Assembly (NCBI GenBank): GCA_963703315.1
Contig: OY969811.1
Location: forward strand, 448,001 to 512,000
From: an uncultured cyanobacterium
GTDB lineage: Bacteria > Cyanobacteriota > Cyanobacteriia > Pseudanabaenales > Pseudanabaenaceae
Direction of reading: 5' to 3'
DNA length: 64,000 nucleotides
Made by a program: the position numbers and the translations under genes. This document shows positions 10,050-21,000 of this stretch, piece after piece (the stretch's first letter is position 1; every line of letters begins with the position of its first letter). Below the pieces are notes generated by a model. The model ran no database searches, was not told the origin of the DNA, and worked only from the letters and a program-made list of their open reading frames with translations.

Positions 10050-10434
10050 AGGTTTCCCCTTTTATAAATATGAGTTGAGTATGAGTTAAGTCGTTAAATT
10101 CCAAAGTAAAATCTGTGCGATCGCTTTTTGCGAAAGCCGCACTGAATATGACTTCTGTTTGATCATTCTAATAGCAACTTGCCACTTGTGTATATACACA
10201 ACGGTTAATTTATATGGATTTGAGCAGTTTTTTTTAAATACTTATTGCTGCAATTCTTGTCTGAAACGCTAAAATGCTTTACCTGTAAGGGTTTTAGATT
10301 TTTGAGCTTGCGCTAAATTAGTGTAAGTCATACAGGGCAAGCACTTCACAAAAGTTCAAAACTATGGGTTTTGAGCAAGTTAATATGGTTAATATTTTTA
10401 GTACGTCCGCAACTAAACTTCACAATCCTAAAAT

Positions 10435-11520
10435 ATGCAGTCATCTACACCAGCTAATACTTCTGGGCTAACTCGTCAGTCACCTTTAGTAATTGCCCCA
10501 TTTTTCCTGTGGGGAACGGCGATGGTGGTCATGAAAGCCTTGATGCCTGAAACTAGCCCCATGTTTATGGCGGCATTCCGCTTGATTCCCGCAGGAATCT
10601 TGCTAATTTTAGGTGGAGTGTATTTTGGCAGACCTCAACCTAAAAATTGGCAAGCGTGGTTATGGATTAGCTTGTTTGCCTTGGTTGATGGCACGATGTT
10701 CCAAGGATTTTTGGCACAGGGTTTAGTGCGGACAAATGCAGGACTTGGCTCGTTGCTGATTGACTCACAGCCCCTTGCGGTGGCGGTACTGGCGGCGATT
10801 TTATACAAAGAGAGAATTGGCATCGGTGCAACGCTGGGCTTATTTGTAGGCATAGTGGGAATTGGACTAATTGGGTTGCCATCGGAATTGATGACAGCTT
10901 TACTAGCAGGGGATTTTGCGACAGTTTTAGCCGCAGGTATCTTTACCATCGGTGAGTGGTTTATGCTCGGTGCATCCTTATCAATGGCGATCGGTACGAT
11001 TTTGATTCGTCCTGTGGTGCGCTATGCCGATCCTGTGATGGCGACGGGTTGGCACATGATTATTGGTGGGTTGCCCTTATTGCTAATTTCTAATCAAATT
11101 GAGCAGAATCAGTGGCAAGATTTGAGTGCTTGGGGGTGGCTAGGCATGGCATATATGGCGATTATGGGCAGTGCGATCGCCTATGGATTATTTTTCTTTT
11201 TTGCATCTTCAGGTAGCTTGACAACCCTTAGCGCCTTGACCTTTTCCACACCTGTATTTGCACTGATGTTTAGCAGTTTATTTTTAGGTGAAAATCTCAC
11301 CTTGGTGCAGTGGATCGGCGTGATTTTGACCTTGGGTAGCATTTATCTTGTCAGTATGCGCGGTGCAGGACAAGATGGTAGTGAGGGTCGAAATGAAGAT
11401 GTAGATCTTGAGATTGCCACTGGCAATATACTGCCTGCGACTGAACAAGTTGCAGTTAGTTCAGCTTTACCCGTTTTGCAACAGCCCGTAAATGAACCAA
11501 TTATCCGCGAAAAATCTTAG
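10435..11520 (+). CDS. DMT/EamA family transporter
   Basis: About 10 TM helices; FFLWGTAMV and LIDSQPLAVA motifs. Confidence 0.9.
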   Translation: MQSSTPANTSGLTRQSPLVIAPFFLWGTAMVVMKALMPETSPMFMAAFRLIPAGILLILGGVYFGRPQPKNWQAWLWISLFALVDGTMFQGFLAQGLVRTNAGLGSLLIDSQPLAVAVLAAILYKERIGIGATLGLFVGIVGIGLIGLPSELMTALLAGDFATVLAAGIFTIGEWFMLGASLSMAIGTILIRPVVRYADPVMATGWHMIIGGLPLLLISNQIEQNQWQDLSAWGWLGMAYMAIMGSAIAYGLFFFFASSGSLTTLSALTFSTPVFALMFSSLFLGENLTLVQWIGVILTLGSIYLVSMRGAGQDGSEGRNEDVDLEIATGNILPATEQVAVSSALPVLQQPVNEPIIREKS

Positions 11521-11580
11521 AAAGACTTGCTTTGCAAGTCCTTCTAAGATTTTTCGCATCACTAATTTGAGAGATGCTCT

Positions 11581-12654
11581 ATGCCTACTTTATATATTGC
11601 AATTACCAATCATGGCTTTGGTCATGCGACGCGCACGGCGGCTGTACTTGCTGACCTACAACAGCGATCGCCTGATATCAAGTTGATTATTGCGACGACG
11701 GCTCCGCGTTGGTTGTTGGAAGAATATATCGAAGGTGACTTTGTTTATCATCAGCGAGTCTTTGATGTGGGCGTGATTCAGCTTGATAGTTTGCAAGTCG
11801 ATCGCGAGGCAACCTTTGGATTATGGGAAAGCATTTACAAACAACAGGCTGATTTAATTTCTGAAGAAGTGAAATTTTTACAAGAGAATCAAGTTGATTT
11901 AATCTTTGGGGATATTCCGCCGATGGTGGCGGAGATTGCGAAGGCGGCGCAGATTCCTTGTTGGATGGCGGGAAATTTTGGTTGGGATTTTATCTATCGC
12001 GATTGGGGAGGGAAGTATGTGGAACTTGCCGATCGCTTATCAGAAACCTATAGCCATTGCGATCGCCTATTTCGATTACCCTTTGCGGAACCGATGAGTT
12101 CCTTCCCTAATATTCAAAATGTGGGATTAACTGGTGCAAAACCCAATCACTCACCTGAATATTTGCGTGAGAAGTTTAATCTGGACGGCGATCGCCCGAC
12201 GGCTCTACTTACTTTTGGCGGCTTGAGCTTGCAATCGATTCCCTATCAAAATTTGGCGAAGTTTCCCGATTGGCAATTTGTCACCTTTGATCGCGATGCG
12301 CCTGAATTACCTAATCTCACTAAAGCTAATTGCGATCGCCTCCGTCCTGTGGATCTTATGGTGGTATGCGATCGGCTGATCACTAAGCCTGGTTATGGCA
12401 CATTAGCGGAAGCTCTACGGGTGGGGATTCCCGTTGTTTGCTTGACCCGTGAAGGTTTCTTAGAAGCAGAAACTCTGATTGCTGGTGTCAAAAACTATGC
12501 CGATCATTTGATCATTTCACCGCAAGAATTTTATGAAGGTGATTGGTCATTTTTAAACGCACCATTTCAAGCTCCAGATTTAGAGAATGCGAAGGAATTA
12601 GATATGCAAGGTGAAGCAACAATTAATCAGGCAATTTTGGATTACTTAAGTTAA
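11581..12654 (+). CDS. Glycosyltransferase-like protein (GT-B)
   Basis: ITNHGFGHATR, NFGWDFIY, LITKPGYGT motifs. Confidence 0.8.
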   Translation: MPTLYIAITNHGFGHATRTAAVLADLQQRSPDIKLIIATTAPRWLLEEYIEGDFVYHQRVFDVGVIQLDSLQVDREATFGLWESIYKQQADLISEEVKFLQENQVDLIFGDIPPMVAEIAKAAQIPCWMAGNFGWDFIYRDWGGKYVELADRLSETYSHCDRLFRLPFAEPMSSFPNIQNVGLTGAKPNHSPEYLREKFNLDGDRPTALLTFGGLSLQSIPYQNLAKFPDWQFVTFDRDAPELPNLTKANCDRLRPVDLMVVCDRLITKPGYGTLAEALRVGIPVVCLTREGFLEAETLIAGVKNYADHLIISPQEFYEGDWSFLNAPFQAPDLENAKELDMQGEATINQAILDYLS

Positions 12655-12717
12655 GTGAGTGGCGATGGAATCATCGCCACTCACTTATTTGCCTAAGTTG
12701 TCCCTAGCTTTTTACTC

Positions 12718-14121
12718 TTAAGCCTTCACTAATTGCTTACTCTTAATCACTTCCGCCGCACACATCTTGCCCGAAAGTGTCGCACCTTCCATACTGTCGA
12801 TGTAGTCTTGCATCGTATAGCTTCCTGCCAAGAAGAAATTCTTGACTGGTGTGGCTTGAGTAGGACGGAAGGGATCTTTGCCGGGGGCTTCACGATACAG
12901 GGACTGGGCGAGTTTGACCACACTTGACCAAGTGACATTCAGCTTATTGGAAGAAGGGAAAATCTGATGTACTTGAGCAATCATCTTCTCAACGATCGCT
13001 TCATTGCTGAGCTTAATATAATCATCCGCAGGTGTAATTACTAACTGCAAGAGAGAGCCTTCTCCTTCTTTGTAATAGTCAGTCGGGCTAGTAATCGCCA
13101 AATCCGCAAAGGTGGAGAAATCTACTTTCACAGCATAGAGCAAGTTATCAATATCCGTTACCCAACCATCAAAGCGCAGTTGCACGGTAATTACAGGTAC
13201 AGCGTCAAGCTTATAGATATTGTCAAACTGCGACCATGCCCGCCATTTCTCAGGGATAATTCTCTTTACTCCCGGAACATCAGTGGCGCAGATATACACG
13301 TCAGCATTCACGATTTCTTCGCCATCTTCTTTGCCAATGATCAAACCTGTGACGCGAGTATCTTCACCTTCGCCTTCAAAGAGAACTTCACGCACACCAC
13401 GCCGTAGATGAAACTTACCGCCTTTAGATTCAATGAGCTTCACAATGGGCTTATGCAGAAACTCATCGGGCGCACCTTCAAGCATTCTCAAAATTGAAGC
13501 TTCAGTTCTCGATGCAAAGAATTGGAAGATGGTGAGCATACAGCGTGCGGAAATATTCTCGCAGTCGATGAAGCCTAATCCATAGGCGATCGCATCCCAC
13601 ATCAGGTCGAGACTCGCTTGTGAGCCGCCCATGCCCAAAAACCAATCTTTAAAGCTGATGTTGTCGAGGGCGCGGATTTCTTTCATTGCGCCAACATGAT
13701 CGACTAAGCCGCGAATTAATGGACTGCGCCCGATCGCGATCGCATTTTGGATTTTGTCCTTAAGTGGTAATTGTCCTGTGGTTACAAAGGCTTTCAGTCC
13801 ATGAAAGGGTGCGCCGCCAAAGTTGCGAAAATCAAGGGCTGCTTGCTTGCCACCGGGATTGACGAAAATATGTGTATGTTCCTTGAGACGGAGATGCTCG
13901 AAAGCGCCTGTTTTTTTCATCAGCGCAAATAGGTTGTAATAGCAGCCAAAAAATACGTGCAAGCCCATTTCGATATCGTTGCCATCTTTGTCTAGCCAAC
14001 TGCTGACCTTGCCGCCCACAAAGGGACGGGATTCAAAAAGTTCTACCTCGTAGCCCTGCTCGCTGAGTTCGACCGCAGTACTCATACCTGCTAAGCCTGC
14101 ACCAATAATCACTGCTTTCAT
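12718..14121 (-). CDS. zds: Zeta-carotene desaturase (ZDS/CrtQ)
   Basis: GAGLAG FAD motif, [47 protein letters not shown]. Confidence 0.93.
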   Translation of the reverse strand: MKAVIIGAGLAGMSTAVELSEQGYEVELFESRPFVGGKVSSWLDKDGNDIEMGLHVFFGCYYNLFALMKKTGAFEHLRLKEHTHIFVNPGGKQAALDFRNFGGAPFHGLKAFVTTGQLPLKDKIQNAIAIGRSPLIRGLVDHVGAMKEIRALDNISFKDWFLGMGGSQASLDLMWDAIAYGLGFIDCENISARCMLTIFQFFASRTEASILRMLEGAPDEFLHKPIVKLIESKGGKFHLRRGVREVLFEGEGEDTRVTGLIIGKEDGEEIVNADVYICATDVPGVKRIIPEKWRAWSQFDNIYKLDAVPVITVQLRFDGWVTDIDNLLYAVKVDFSTFADLAITSPTDYYKEGEGSLLQLVITPADDYIKLSNEAIVEKMIAQVHQIFPSSNKLNVTWSSVVKLAQSLYREAPGKDPFRPTQATPVKNFFLAGSYTMQDYIDSMEGATLSGKMCAAEVIKSKQLVKA

Positions 14122-14209
14122 GTTTATGCTCGACCCTTACTGTCGTTACCTTATTGTTAAATTTTGCTTAACATATTGTAATCTTGTTTGGATCATTGGG
14201 GGATAGCCA

Positions 14210-17200
14210 TTAGCTTTTAGTCTGTGTTCCCTCAACGATCGCTATTTCTTCTTCTGTTAAACCATACAACCGATAGACGATCGCATCAATCAGCTTGTCA
14301 CAGTTTGTTAGTTGTTCTTTGATAGGTAAAAGAGTATTCAGGCTATCTTGATATTCTTTTTCTAGAGATTGTTGTTCTTTTCGGGCGACTGGATCAATTT
14401 TAATTTTCTTTTTGTTTTTCTTGAGGACTTCGATTAGGTCGTCAAAACTAAGGCTTGATTCATTTTTGTAATAGTCACCTAAATAGTTCTGGATTTTCGA
14501 TTTATTGGTAAGTGTGTCAATTTCGCATCCGATAAAGCGCTCTAGCCACTTTAGAAAACTTTTGATTTCAGTTTGTTTTTGCTTATTGAGTTCAATCATT
14601 TGCTCAGCAAGATAAGCCAATAAGTCATGGATTAAATCTTTAGCTGCAAAATCAATATATTCAGAGATTTCGCTTAGGAAAAAGTTAGATTGATTACAAT
14701 ATTTGATAAATTGAGATAGTAATTCTTTTCTATCTATTTCAGTCAAAGAGAAATTAATAATTGGAATTGGTAGATTTTTAAGTTCCTCATAAGTTACTTG
14801 TGGAAAATCATCTTTAACAGATATAGTTGAAGAGCTTGTATAAAGCCAAGAAACTAGTTTTGAATTAATTAGTGCTGTTATAAACCTAGGATTAATATCA
14901 ATGTTTAAGACTAGGATACTCAGAATATTATCTGTTGTAACTAAAGTTTCTTCGCAGTAGCAAGACATAAGCTCACCTCGTCTTGATAATAGCCTTCTTA
15001 GGACAATTCTGGGACTAGTAAATAAAATTTCCTCTCGTTTACTAGCCAAATTATTGCAATATTTTATATAACTTCTCTTTTGTGGTTGTAGACGATAGCG
15101 AGATAATTCCTCTCCAAGTAGTTCGGGGTAATAAATATCTTCAGATTCATTTAATTTATGTACTCGCAAAAAATCATTTTTTATTTGCTCTTTGGTATGT
15201 TTTTTTGTGTCGTAAAGCTGTACGCCTCTTTCAATTCTAGCAAAGGATCCTAAATTCGTGAATTGCGAATCTTTTTTGATTTTTTGGATTCTTAATAATT
15301 CTTTACTTAGAATAAATTTAAAATTAGTATCTTCTTTCCATTCTTGAATACTAATTTCTTGATAGGTTATGTTATTTAAAAGATGCAAATCATCTTTTTT
15401 GCCCATTTTTTTAGTGTATACGAAATAGCTTTCTTGTCTTCTATTGACTTGAGTTACGATAATGCAAGTGTCAATATATGCTTCAGCAAAAATATCATAA
15501 GGTAGAGTAACTACTTCTTTTATGCAAGAAATATTGAGTATATTTTGACGTAAATCTGTATAGTTTATTCCTGTTAAAATTGCCGCAGGAATAATAAAAG
15601 ATGTGTATCCTTGATCACAAGTGCTTTTTAGTCCAAAGTTCCAAAAATAAACAAAAGCATCATTGTATGAATTAGATGACCACTTTAACGGTTCAATTAG
15701 TCCATAGGGAGGGTTACCAATTACTGCGTCAAAACCAGCATTCTCCTGCCAACAGGCATTTTCTAAGTCGATAAATACTTCTGGAAATTCGAGATCCCAA
15801 TGAAAGAAGTGTTTTTCATCACTGAGTTTTTGAGCATTTTTATATACGGCTGCATCTGCCTTATTCATTTTTGTGTGATCAGCCGAAATTGCATTTGTTC
15901 CAAAGACACGCAAGAAATGATCGGCACGTTTTAGTCCAAAGAATTTCGATACATAGATATCTAGTAAACGTTTATAGGGCTTGGCAGCTTGATCAAATTG
16001 TCGAAATAGCTTTTCACTTTGTTCAAGCTCGGCAAATGTGGCATCACTGAGAATACTCACCCCACGCATAATTTCGGCGGCGCGTAGCAATCCTACAAAT
16101 GGACCTGCAAGCAAATTAAACTGTCCAGTTGATTCCTTGACCATACTGGCTTCAGCTTCCTTTACAGTTGTCCCAATTAGCGAATTACCACAACGTAAAT
16201 GGTGATCTAAAAAGCTTAATGGAGCGCCGACAGTAAAAGAGTGTAACCACAAGCTGACCTTTGCTAACTCCACTGCCATTTGGTTTAAATCCACACCATA
16301 AATACAACGCTTCATCACCACACGCTGTAAAAGTTGGGTTGGTTCTAACCGATCTGGACTAATCCTAATTCCTTGTTTTGCTAAATTATCTAAAATGCTT
16401 TCACGAGTCTGATTGAGCATTTCTAAAATTGGATTATGCTCAGGATATTGATTCAAAATTAAAATCAATTCATCGGTCAAATAATCTACAGCTTCCACCA
16501 AAAAATGACCACTTCCCATTGATGGATCACATATTTTGATGTCAAGCAATGTTGTTTGTGCTTTTCGCTCTAAACGTTGCAAATCTTTCTGTAATCCATT
16601 GCGACTTTGCACGCCTAAACGCTTATCTTGCAACTGTTGATGTAACTGGCTAACCTCTGCCATTAGCTCAGAAAATCTTTGCGATCGCTTTTCTAATATT
16701 GGCTTTAAAGTATGGCTGACAATATATTTAACAATGTAATCAGGAGTGTAATAAGAACCCGTTGATTTGCGATCTCCTTTATCATTTTCTAAATGTACTT
16801 CTCCCTTTTCTGCATTGTCAATTACGACACGATATTCTAATAAGCCTTCATAGATAGAACCTAATTGACGCACACCTAAAAAACTATAGTCAATTGGAAG
16901 TCCTTCAAATCTGGCTAATTTATCTAGGGCAGGCGCTAAAATTGCATCTGCAAGCTTAAATCGGAATAGGAAATGATTGGCAGGATAATCAACCTGATCA
17001 TCAGCTTGATTAAAGTCAAAGTGAAATAGTCCACCGTTATAACGCGGTACATCCAAACTTGGATCGCCACGATCAATAATTTGAAATAAGCTTAGCAGGC
17101 GATCATATAGTCCTGTTCCTGTTTGACTAAATTTCTTGTGATTTCCTATTCCTTGTGCTACCTCTTTCGACATCTCAATTAGACTATAATCTCGATAATC

Positions 17201-18100
17201 GCTATTAATTGGTAGTAAATTTCTCGCCTCAGCATAGAGCAAAAATAGAAGCTTATAGAGAAACGATAATGTCGCCTCATAAATCTCTTCGGGCGTTACT
17301 TGATGTTGCAATCGGAAAGCATTTGCCGCAAATCCTCCCGCCACACTTGGAAACACCTTCTCAAACACCAAAGCTTTTAGCTCTTTGCCTACCTGTGTTG
17401 CATAAGTAGTACTACCTTCCCGTACCCGTTCTAAAAAATTATGCCCCTGTGGATCTTTAACAAAACTATTGCTACAGAAAAACAACCAAAAATATTTAAA
17501 CTGTTCTAAATCCCCTGATTCTAACAATTCCACCAGATCTACTTGATAGAACTCTGTCGCCGTCGAAGAAGCCAAGCGATAATATAGCCGCCACTCACGC
17601 CCATTCGTCAAAATCCCCCAATCAACCCCAGTTCCCACTAAGTAATTTGTAATCTGAAACGATGGATTAGCATTTTTATAAATATCTCGCTGATCATTTG
17701 CCGAAGCTTTACTGAGTGCGCGTTCCCAATACTTAGCCTCAGCGATCGCACTCACCCGCGCATAAAAAGCCGTCTCATTACTTTGTAATGGATAAGCACT
17801 ATCGCGATCGCTTTCACTGGTAAACAGTGCATAATCTGGACGCTCAGCCCTGCCCTTTCCATGCGTTGTCACTTGAGGAATATTACTAAATCCCAAGATA
17901 TCCAATACAGGTTTAATAAACTCTGCTTCTGTTTGCGCTTCACTTAGTTTTGGCAACAAATCCTGTTTAGACAAATAAAGTTTTTTCAGAGCTTCAAACT
18001 TATCCACTACATCAAGTTGCCATTCAGAACATTCCTGAATTCGATGATCCAAGTAATGCTGCGAAAATAGTGGTTTGTTTGTCTTCTGTACATCCGTCAT
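14210..18100 (-). CDS. Type IIG/IIL restriction-modification fusion (endonuclease + N6-adenine MTase + TRD)
   Basis: RPDYAL...AEAK nuclease motif, LTNGREWRLY, GSYYTP, DPSMGSGHF, GNPPY, TaqI-C-like C-terminus. Confidence 0.88.
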   Translation of the reverse strand: MTDVQKTNKPLFSQHYLDHRIQECSEWQLDVVDKFEALKKLYLSKQDLLPKLSEAQTEAEFIKPVLDILGFSNIPQVTTHGKGRAERPDYALFTSESDRDSAYPLQSNETAFYARVSAIAEAKYWERALSKASANDQRDIYKNANPSFQITNYLVGTGVDWGILTNGREWRLYYRLASSTATEFYQVDLVELLESGDLEQFKYFWLFFCSNSFVKDPQGHNFLERVREGSTTYATQVGKELKALVFEKVFPSVAGGFAANAFRLQHQVTPEEIYEATLSFLYKLLFLLYAEARNLLPINSDYRDYSLIEMSKEVAQGIGNHKKFSQTGTGLYDRLLSLFQIIDRGDPSLDVPRYNGGLFHFDFNQADDQVDYPANHFLFRFKLADAILAPALDKLARFEGLPIDYSFLGVRQLGSIYEGLLEYRVVIDNAEKGEVHLENDKGDRKSTGSYYTPDYIVKYIVSHTLKPILEKRSQRFSELMAEVSQLHQQLQDKRLGVQSRNGLQKDLQRLERKAQTTLLDIKICDPSMGSGHFLVEAVDYLTDELILILNQYPEHNPILEMLNQTRESILDNLAKQGIRISPDRLEPTQLLQRVVMKRCIYGVDLNQMAVELAKVSLWLHSFTVGAPLSFLDHHLRCGNSLIGTTVKEAEASMVKESTGQFNLLAGPFVGLLRAAEIMRGVSILSDATFAELEQSEKLFRQFDQAAKPYKRLLDIYVSKFFGLKRADHFLRVFGTNAISADHTKMNKADAAVYKNAQKLSDEKHFFHWDLEFPEVFIDLENACWQENAGFDAVIGNPPYGLIEPLKWSSNSYNDAFVYFWNFGLKSTCDQGYTSFIIPAAILTGINYTDLRQNILNISCIKEVVTLPYDIFAEAYIDTCIIVTQVNRRQESYFVYTKKMGKKDDLHLLNNITYQEISIQEWKEDTNFKFILSKELLRIQKIKKDSQFTNLGSFARIERGVQLYDTKKHTKEQIKNDFLRVHKLNESEDIYYPELLGEELSRYRLQPQKRSYIKYCNNLASKREEILFTSPRIVLRRLLSRRGELMSCYCEETLVTTDNILSILVLNIDINPRFITALINSKLVSWLYTSSSTISVKDDFPQVTYEELKNLPIPIINFSLTEIDRKELLSQFIKYCNQSNFFLSEISEYIDFAAKDLIHDLLAYLAEQMIELNKQKQTEIKSFLKWLERFIGCEIDTLTNKSKIQNYLGDYYKNESSLSFDDLIEVLKKNKKKIKIDPVARKEQQSLEKEYQDSLNTLLPIKEQLTNCDKLIDAIVYRLYGLTEEEIAIVEGTQTKS

Positions 18101-18424
18101 GTTCAGCTTTCCTTGTGGTTTAGTGATAGCACTAAGCTCTATAGTCAGTCATCTGAATTATATCCCAAGTATTCTATTAGAGTGGCGACGCTTCGTGCCG
18201 CCACTCTAATAGAATCGAATTTAATATAGGGGACAGTGAAATAAAAACCAGATATTTGGCGGCGCAGCGAAGCCGCGCCGCCAAATATCTTATATTCGTG
18301 AATCTGATATTTTGGTTTAAGATGGCATTGCCCTGATAACCATTGTTTTTGTGAGATATTTACGCTTTGTAAAGTTATAATTGAGCGTTAGCCCCGATAA
18401 CTATGTAGAAATTAATAGATAAAT

Positions 18425-19399
18425 ATGGCAGAGGTTACTTTTTTTAACGCCCTCAGAGCAGCGATCGATGAGGAAATGGAGCGCGATCCAGCCGTTTATG
18501 TTTTAGGCGAAGACGTGGGGCATTATGGCGGCTCCTACAAAGTAACCAAGGATCTTTACAAAAAATACGGTGACTTACGCTTACTCGACACCCCGATCGC
18601 CGAAAATAGTTTTACTGGTCTAGCGATCGGTTCCGCCATGACAGGTTTACGCCCGATCATTGAAGGGATGAACATGGGCTTCTTGCTGCTTGCCTTTAAC
18701 CAAATTTCTAACAATGCAGGAATGTTGCGTTATACATCTGGCGGCAATTTCAAAATTCCCATTGTGATTCGCGGACCTGGTGGCGTTGGTCGTAACCTCG
18801 GTGCAGAACATTCACAACGTCTCGAAACCTATTTCCAAGCAGTACCAGGCATTAAAATGGTCGCTTGTTCCACACCTTACAATGCTAAGGGCTTGCTGAA
18901 GTCAGCAATTCGTAACGATAATCCGATTCTCTTCTTTGAACACGTTTTGCTATATAACCTCAAAGAAGATATTCCTGACGAAGAGTATTTGTTGCCTCTC
19001 GACAAGGCAGAAGTCGTGCGCGAAGGTAGTGATGTAACTATTCTTACCTATTCACGGATGCGTTATCACGTTCTCAAAGCTGTCGAAACACTGGTTGATA
19101 AGGGATACGATCCTGAAGTAATCGACTTGATTTCCTTAAAGCCCCTTGATATGGAAACAATCGTTACTTCTTTGCGAAAAACCCATCGCATCGTGATTGT
19201 CGAAGAAGGAATGCGTTGTGCCAGTATCGGTTCGGAAATTATTGCTTCAATTAATGATAGTTATTTTGATGAACTTGATGCACCAATTATTCGTCTCGCG
19301 GCACTAGATGTTCCTACTCCCTATAATGGTGGATTGGAAAATCTGACAATTCCTCAACCTGAAGATGTAATTGCCGCAGTTGAGAAATTATTAGCTTAG
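18425..19399 (+). CDS. pdhB: Pyruvate dehydrogenase E1 beta subunit
   Basis: [32 protein letters not shown]. Confidence 0.96.
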   Translation: MAEVTFFNALRAAIDEEMERDPAVYVLGEDVGHYGGSYKVTKDLYKKYGDLRLLDTPIAENSFTGLAIGSAMTGLRPIIEGMNMGFLLLAFNQISNNAGMLRYTSGGNFKIPIVIRGPGGVGRNLGAEHSQRLETYFQAVPGIKMVACSTPYNAKGLLKSAIRNDNPILFFEHVLLYNLKEDIPDEEYLLPLDKAEVVREGSDVTILTYSRMRYHVLKAVETLVDKGYDPEVIDLISLKPLDMETIVTSLRKTHRIVIVEEGMRCASIGSEIIASINDSYFDELDAPIIRLAALDVPTPYNGGLENLTIPQPEDVIAAVEKLLA

Positions 19400-19400
19400 T

Positions 19401-19559
19401 TATAGAGCTTTTCAAGCAAGCGAGGTATAGAGGATTGTTTCCCCGCCGAAGACGGGGAAACAATCCCGTACTTCACTAGATTAAAAAACAAATCCAAAAT
19501 CTGTGCGTGCGCCACAGATTTTGGATTTGTTTTTTTATTTAATTGTGCCTAGCTACTTA
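19401..19559. mobile_element. Composite of two MITE/hairpin elements
   Basis: GGATTGTTTCCCCGCCGAAGACGGGGAAACAATCC hairpin, then a second hairpin and family-A right end TAATTGTGCCTAGCTACTTA. Confidence 0.55.
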
Positions 19560-19570
19560 GCTCCTAACTC

Positions 19571-20713
19571 TTAGGAACGTCGAGAGGAAACCCATGAGAG
19601 TAAATGTGATAGCCAACCATGCTTTTGTGATATGGAAGATTTCTTAATAGCGGTTTTACTCCTGTTTCCTTTAGTAGCGCTACTTTGAGCAAGATCAGAT
19701 TCATTCAATTCCAAAATATGCTTTAGGGCTAGAGCCTCTTGCGGATTAATATAAAGCGATCGCTTAAAGCTCGCCTTCGCCATTTGGGGTTGATTCATAT
19801 TTGTGTAAACCACACCTAGCAGAGCCAGACATTTACTATTGTTCTCATCACTTCTCAATATTGAGCGCAAATCTTGAAGTGCCGCTTTCCAATTTCCCTG
19901 CAATATGTAGATTTCGCATACCTTTATGCGATCTTTAATCTCCTGATCCTCCTCCTCCTCTCTAGTCTGAATTATGGTTTCATCACTTTTACCTCTCCCC
20001 TGAAGGATAGTTTCATCGCTTTTACCTCTCATTTGAATTACGGTTTCATCAGACTTAGCTTGCAGATTGCTGATGTATTGTTCAGGTGAATACTGAAGGT
20101 TATATGTGTAGCTAGGTTTTGAGGGCGGCGGCAGAAAATTTTGGGTATGTGATTTAGTGCTTGTAGGAGTTAACAATGGTGCAAGTACTGGGGGCATATT
20201 CACTGCTCCATGTCGATATCCCTCTTTATAAAGAATGTACACCAGATTTAGTTCACTGATCTGCGCTGTAATATCCAGAATTTCGTTGAGCGATTGATAT
20301 TGCACTTTGGCGAGTTCCGTAACCAATCGCTCGTAAATATCATCGCTAGGAGTCATGATTAACTCACAAGCACTGTCCGAATGAATTTGGATATTCCGCG
20401 ATCTTTGCATTAAGCGTTTGGCTAGTAACTTAAATATCGCTTGATATGCCTTGCGATTCTGTTCATTCATCAGACCGTTATAGGCAGGATTGACCAATTT
20501 AGCCAGATATTGCGTGGCAATGATTTTCTCATCTGCCGAAAAGCCATAGACATCAGGATGCAAGATGCGGGCAATCCGCAAATATACATTACGAATGTAC
20601 ATAGGATTGCTAATGATTGGTAAACCCAAGGCAGCGTAATAGTCATGGTTGTACTGACCAATACCACGATCAAAGCGGATAAACTGAAGTTTTGAAACCT
20701 TGGACTGACTCAT
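19571..20713 (-). CDS. J-domain (DnaJ-type) protein with C-terminal TPR
   Basis: DYYAALGL...RIARILHPD; TPR-like helices near the C-terminus. Confidence 0.8.
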   Translation of the reverse strand: MSQSKVSKLQFIRFDRGIGQYNHDYYAALGLPIISNPMYIRNVYLRIARILHPDVYGFSADEKIIATQYLAKLVNPAYNGLMNEQNRKAYQAIFKLLAKRLMQRSRNIQIHSDSACELIMTPSDDIYERLVTELAKVQYQSLNEILDITAQISELNLVYILYKEGYRHGAVNMPPVLAPLLTPTSTKSHTQNFLPPPSKPSYTYNLQYSPEQYISNLQAKSDETVIQMRGKSDETILQGRGKSDETIIQTREEEEDQEIKDRIKVCEIYILQGNWKAALQDLRSILRSDENNSKCLALLGVVYTNMNQPQMAKASFKRSLYINPQEALALKHILELNESDLAQSSATKGNRSKTAIKKSSISQKHGWLSHLLSWVSSRRS

Positions 20714-20834
20714 GTTTTCATGCTTTGTCCATGACTAAATGATGCTGGTGCGCTAAGTCAATTATATATACCAAATAAAGCCAAAAAAACAGAAAGATAT
20801 TTACTTTGACTTACTCAAAATCATAGCCTCTTCC

Positions 20835-20919
20835 ATAGTAATGCAAGTTTTGCTTAGGACGTAAAACCCAAATAAATGGAGGCAGCGCAAAGCGCTGCCT
20901 CCATTTATTTGGGTTTTAT
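20835..20919. mobile_element. IS630-related MITE-like element with triloop hairpin
   Basis: TTAGGACGTAAAA (compare IS630 end) followed by a long perfect hairpin with GC-AAA-GC loop. Ends approximate. Confidence 0.55.
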
Positions 20920-21000
20920 CTAACAATAAAATCGGGTTTTCTAGGCATTTTTGCGTAACTCCTAATCAGTTAATATAGAGCGATCGCAAAAATTATAAAT

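Noticed and set aside
14130..14190. Possible HLR1 site upstream of zds
   Set aside because: Only partial matches in AT-rich DNA.
14210..18100. BREX PglX or DISARM methylase
   Set aside because: No brx/pgl/drm neighbours and it has its own nuclease motif; a solitary type IIG fits better.
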